Below, piece after piece: positions 21,794-23,944 of a stretch of 23,944 bases of DNA (positions within the stretch are counted from its first letter, which is position 1; the number at the start of each line of letters is the position of its first letter). The stretch is from Massilicoli timonensis (GTDB lineage: Bacteria; Bacillota_I; Bacilli_A; Erysipelotrichales; Erysipelotrichaceae): contig NZ_LT963434.1 of the NCBI RefSeq assembly GCF_900199515.1, positions 1 to 23,944 of the forward strand. Reading direction: 5' to 3'. The position numbers and the translations under genes are program-made. The notes under the pieces were generated by a model. The model saw nothing but the letters and a program-made list of their open reading frames with translations. It was not told the DNA's origin and did not search any database.

Positions 21794-23524
21794 TTATCTG
21801 TTCTTTGATTTGTGGATAATATTTCTCATTTTCTTCTGTTTGATAATCTGGGTATCTGTATAAAATCCAAACAATTCATGTAATTTGTCTGTTAGATCGG
21901 TTCGTTTATAAGTCGGTATATATCCATATCCTTCTATCTCACATACATTCATTTCTCGTAATGTATGTATGATCTGTTCTACGCTATATTCCTTATCTAA
22001 CTTTTCTTCCAGTAAACGATAAACCAATAGTGATATGAAACAGATCAGAAAATGCGCCTTGATCCGATCCTCTCTTTGTAAATATACCGGCCTTGCCTCA
22101 AACTCTGTTTTCATGATACGAAAGCATTCTTCTATCTGCCATCTTCTTTGGTTGATCTGAATAATTTCTTCTATGCTTCCATCTATATCCGTTGTAACGG
22201 CATAGAAACCATCATACATTGCTTCTTGTCCTATCTTTTCCTGATCTAGTTCATAAATAACTTGATCAGCGACTTCTCCATATTCTGTAACGGATGTTTT
22301 CTTTATGAATCTAGCCGGATCATTCGGGTTCTTCCGCTCTTTTCTAATGTTCTTGCTTGTATTTAATAGTTTTTGTGCTCGTTCTAATTGCTTTTGACGT
22401 ATATTTGCTTGATAAGCACGATATTTAGGCGAATAGGTTACGATCATCGTTTCAGATAGTTTCTTTGATTCGATAGGTACTTCTTTATAATAAATCTCTC
22501 CGTAAACAGATGGATCGCTTTCGTCTAATTCACGCAAATCGATCAATCGATTACTTCCTACTTTTCTAAATTGAGTAGGATCCAAAGCAATTTCTCTATC
22601 TTCTTTCTTCAGTTTCTTCAAGGATTGGGCAATAACATAAGAACGTCCTTGCATATCATTGAACAGTTTATTATCTTGAGAACCTAGACCGGCATCACTG
22701 CAATAGATAAACTCACTGCAATCAAAATCACGAATGATCTTCTGTTCTAAAGGCTTCAATGTTTTCTGTTCATTTTGATTACCGGGATACAGATCGAAAG
22801 CCAAAGGGATCCCGTCGGTATCCATAAACAGTCCCATCGTAACGATTGGATTTGGCCGATGTTCTTTTGATTTTCCATATTTTCTTAAATCATCGTCCTC
22901 TTCAATTTCAAAATAGTAATTGGTACAGTCATAATAAAGGACCTTTGTATTACGATGATGAATGAAGTGAGAGTTCTTATAAACTTCGGATTGAATATAA
23001 TCAGATTCTTGAGCGAGAATAGATAACGCTCTGTAAATATGATGGATATCATATTTAGGCTGTTCCAGCAAGGTGTGAGCGAAATCATAAGAGCTCTTTT
23101 TACTGGAAGGATGAAGGATACGAGAATAGATCAGATCGGAGAAGATGGATTGAATAGGGAAAGTGAAGTTATGACGGGTTTTCATGTTGCGGAAGATATT
23201 ATCGAAGCGAAGCTGAGAGCAAATAGATTGAAGAAACAAATAACCGCAATTAAAAGAATGTTGTTCATTTTTCTTGATATGTAGATTAGGATGAAAAGAT
23301 ATAGAAACTTTTTCATTTTCTTGATCATATTGTTCGGTAGCAAGACGAGCCTGCTCTTTGGCCCAGGCAAGGACCTGATCACGATCATTGTTATGAAGAG
23401 GAAGGAGTTGATCCATAGAGCCAAGTTTTTTATAGATTTTGGAAGTATTCTTACCGTTTATTCTGTAAGAGTGAATAATATATAGTTGTTCAGCATTCTT
23501 AGATTTGACAATATTGATACGCAT
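21794..23524 (-). CDS. IS4-superfamily (IS1634-like) DDE transposase
   Basis: DDE candidates: VLYYDCTNYYFE, FIYCSDAGLGS and RRWQIEECFRIMK (R-x3-E-x6-K signature of IS4-type enzymes). Start set at ATG 23524 (MRINIVKSKN...), preceded by AGGTGGTGA. The ORF-track start at 23566 lies upstream of the predicted -10. Confidence 0.88.
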   Translation of the reverse strand: MRINIVKSKNAEQLYIIHSYRINGKNTSKIYKKLGSMDQLLPLHNNDRDQVLAWAKEQARLATEQYDQENEKVSISFHPNLHIKKNEQHSFNCGYLFLQSICSQLRFDNIFRNMKTRHNFTFPIQSIFSDLIYSRILHPSSKKSSYDFAHTLLEQPKYDIHHIYRALSILAQESDYIQSEVYKNSHFIHHRNTKVLYYDCTNYYFEIEEDDDLRKYGKSKEHRPNPIVTMGLFMDTDGIPLAFDLYPGNQNEQKTLKPLEQKIIRDFDCSEFIYCSDAGLGSQDNKLFNDMQGRSYVIAQSLKKLKKEDREIALDPTQFRKVGSNRLIDLRELDESDPSVYGEIYYKEVPIESKKLSETMIVTYSPKYRAYQANIRQKQLERAQKLLNTSKNIRKERKNPNDPARFIKKTSVTEYGEVADQVIYELDQEKIGQEAMYDGFYAVTTDIDGSIEEIIQINQRRWQIEECFRIMKTEFEARPVYLQREDRIKAHFLICFISLLVYRLLEEKLDKEYSVEQIIHTLREMNVCEIEGYGYIPTYKRTDLTDKLHELFGFYTDTQIIKQKKMRNIIHKSKNR

Positions 23525-23547
23525 AGAAGGATCACCACCTAACGACA

Positions 23548-23556
23548 TTATAACAC
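23548..23556 (-). promoter_or_regulatory. Extended -10 promoter element of the transposase gene
   Basis: Minus strand reads TGTTATAAT (TGn + TATAAT), about 25 nt upstream of the ATG at 23524. Confidence 0.55.
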
Positions 23557-23653
23557 AATACGGCACAATACGCTATACAAAAACTAAAAAATTGACAAAA
23601 AAAGTATAAAAAAAGCTTTTGATTAAGCCTTTATTTGAATATTGTTATTTTTT

Positions 23654-23666
23654 TAGGTGTCAAACT
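23654..23666. repeat. IS terminal inverted repeat (distal end)
   Basis: TAGGTGTCAAACT is the reverse complement of 21701-21713. Confidence 0.85.
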
Positions 23667-23698
23667 CCCGAACTTTTTATTCCGTTGCCGCATAGAAA

Positions 23699-23707
23699 TG
23701 GTATAAT
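23699..23707 (+). promoter_or_regulatory. Extended -10 promoter of the zinc-ribbon gene
   Basis: TGGTATAAT (TGn + TATAAT). SD AAGGAG (23718-23723) lies 8 nt before ATG 23732. Confidence 0.6.
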
Positions 23708-23731
23708 CAAGACAAGCAAGGAGTTGATAAC

Positions 23732-23944
23732 ATGGAAAAAAGACAATTTATCTGCCCGAAATGCGGCTGTACGGAATTTATCGACGATCAGTTTCAGGCG
23801 ACCGGTGGAAATTTCGCGAAATTGTTTGACGTGCAGAATAAGAAGTTTATTACGATCAGCTGCAAGCACTGCGGCTATACGGAACTCTACCGCATGGAAA
23901 CCGATGCCGGATGGAATATCTTAGACTTCCTGATCGGCGGTTAA
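23732..23944 (+). CDS. Small zinc-ribbon domain protein (DUF2082-type Zn-ribbon, by recollection)
   Basis: 70 aa with two CxxC pairs (CPKCGC ... CKHCGY) about 38 residues apart, then ...TELYRM... Strong SD. The stop TAA is the last codon of the window. Confidence 0.8.
   Translation: MEKRQFICPKCGCTEFIDDQFQATGGNFAKLFDVQNKKFITISCKHCGYTELYRMETDAGWNILDFLIGG

Larger units (their letters stand above)
21701..23666 (-). mobile_element. Complete insertion sequence, IS4 superfamily (IS1634-like), about 1.97 kb
   Basis: A single DDE transposase ORF is bounded by perfect 13-bp terminal inverted repeats AGTTTGACACCTA. The element is visibly more AT-rich than its flanks. Exact termini are uncertain by 1-2 nt. 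Confidence 0.85.

Noticed and set aside
23525-23566. Upstream start (ATG 23566, MPYCVIMSLGGDPS...) for the transposase.
   Set aside because: It lies upstream of the predicted extended -10 (23548-23556) and within the tandem repeat, and it has no SD. ATG 23524 has AGGTGGTGA and gives an N-terminus (MRINIVKSKN) that, from memory, looks typical of IS1634-like transposases.
21696-23670. Possible target-site duplication (CCC or TCCC) flanking the IS.
   Set aside because: A 3-4 bp repeat is too short to distinguish from chance, and its register differs by 1 nt at the two ends. An empty-site comparison is needed.
23619-23924. 101-aa ORF (plus strand) and 69-aa ORF (minus strand) overlapping the zinc-ribbon gene.
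   Set aside because: They are alternative frames of a gene with a clear SD, promoter and CxxC architecture, and they have no signals of their own.

Overview
This is an ordinary housekeeping region of a Firmicutes chromosome. The 16S motifs (e.g. GGGAATTTTCGTCAATGGGGGGAACCCTGAACGAGCAATGCCGCGTG) look Erysipelotrichaceae-like to me; that call is from memory and not verified. Order of features: a complete rrn operon (16S, tRNA-free spacer, 23S, 5S, terminator); the infC-rpmI-rplT operon with an L20-leader-type attenuator and an apparent AUU start for infC; a MarR-family (FabT-like) regulator joined to that operon; a CxxC lipoprotein plus a long patatin-like phospholipase. On the minus strand come an orphan GatZ/KbaZ-family gene and a YlbJ-like membrane protein. 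Then a CDF metal exporter; pgeF (minus strand); the CIRCE-controlled hrcA-grpE-dnaK-dnaJ operon; an amidohydrolase; and comEA-comEC. A complete, AT-rich IS4-superfamily (IS1634-like) insertion sequence of about 1.97 kb follows, then a 70-aa zinc-ribbon protein at the window edge. I found no CRISPR array, no tRNA and no recognisable defence, toxin-antitoxin or biosynthetic cluster. I do not see a convincing undescribed multi-gene system. The items most worth a second look are: (i) the coupled lipoprotein/patatin pair downstream of the MarR gene; (ii) roughly 3-5-fold over-representation of GATC/CGATCG across protein-coding DNA, including the IS; (iii) the IS insertion between comEC and the promoter of the zinc-ribbon gene; (iv) two CIRCE-type operators at the hrcA promoter. 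All motif positions were read by eye, and the k-mer tallies are hand counts.
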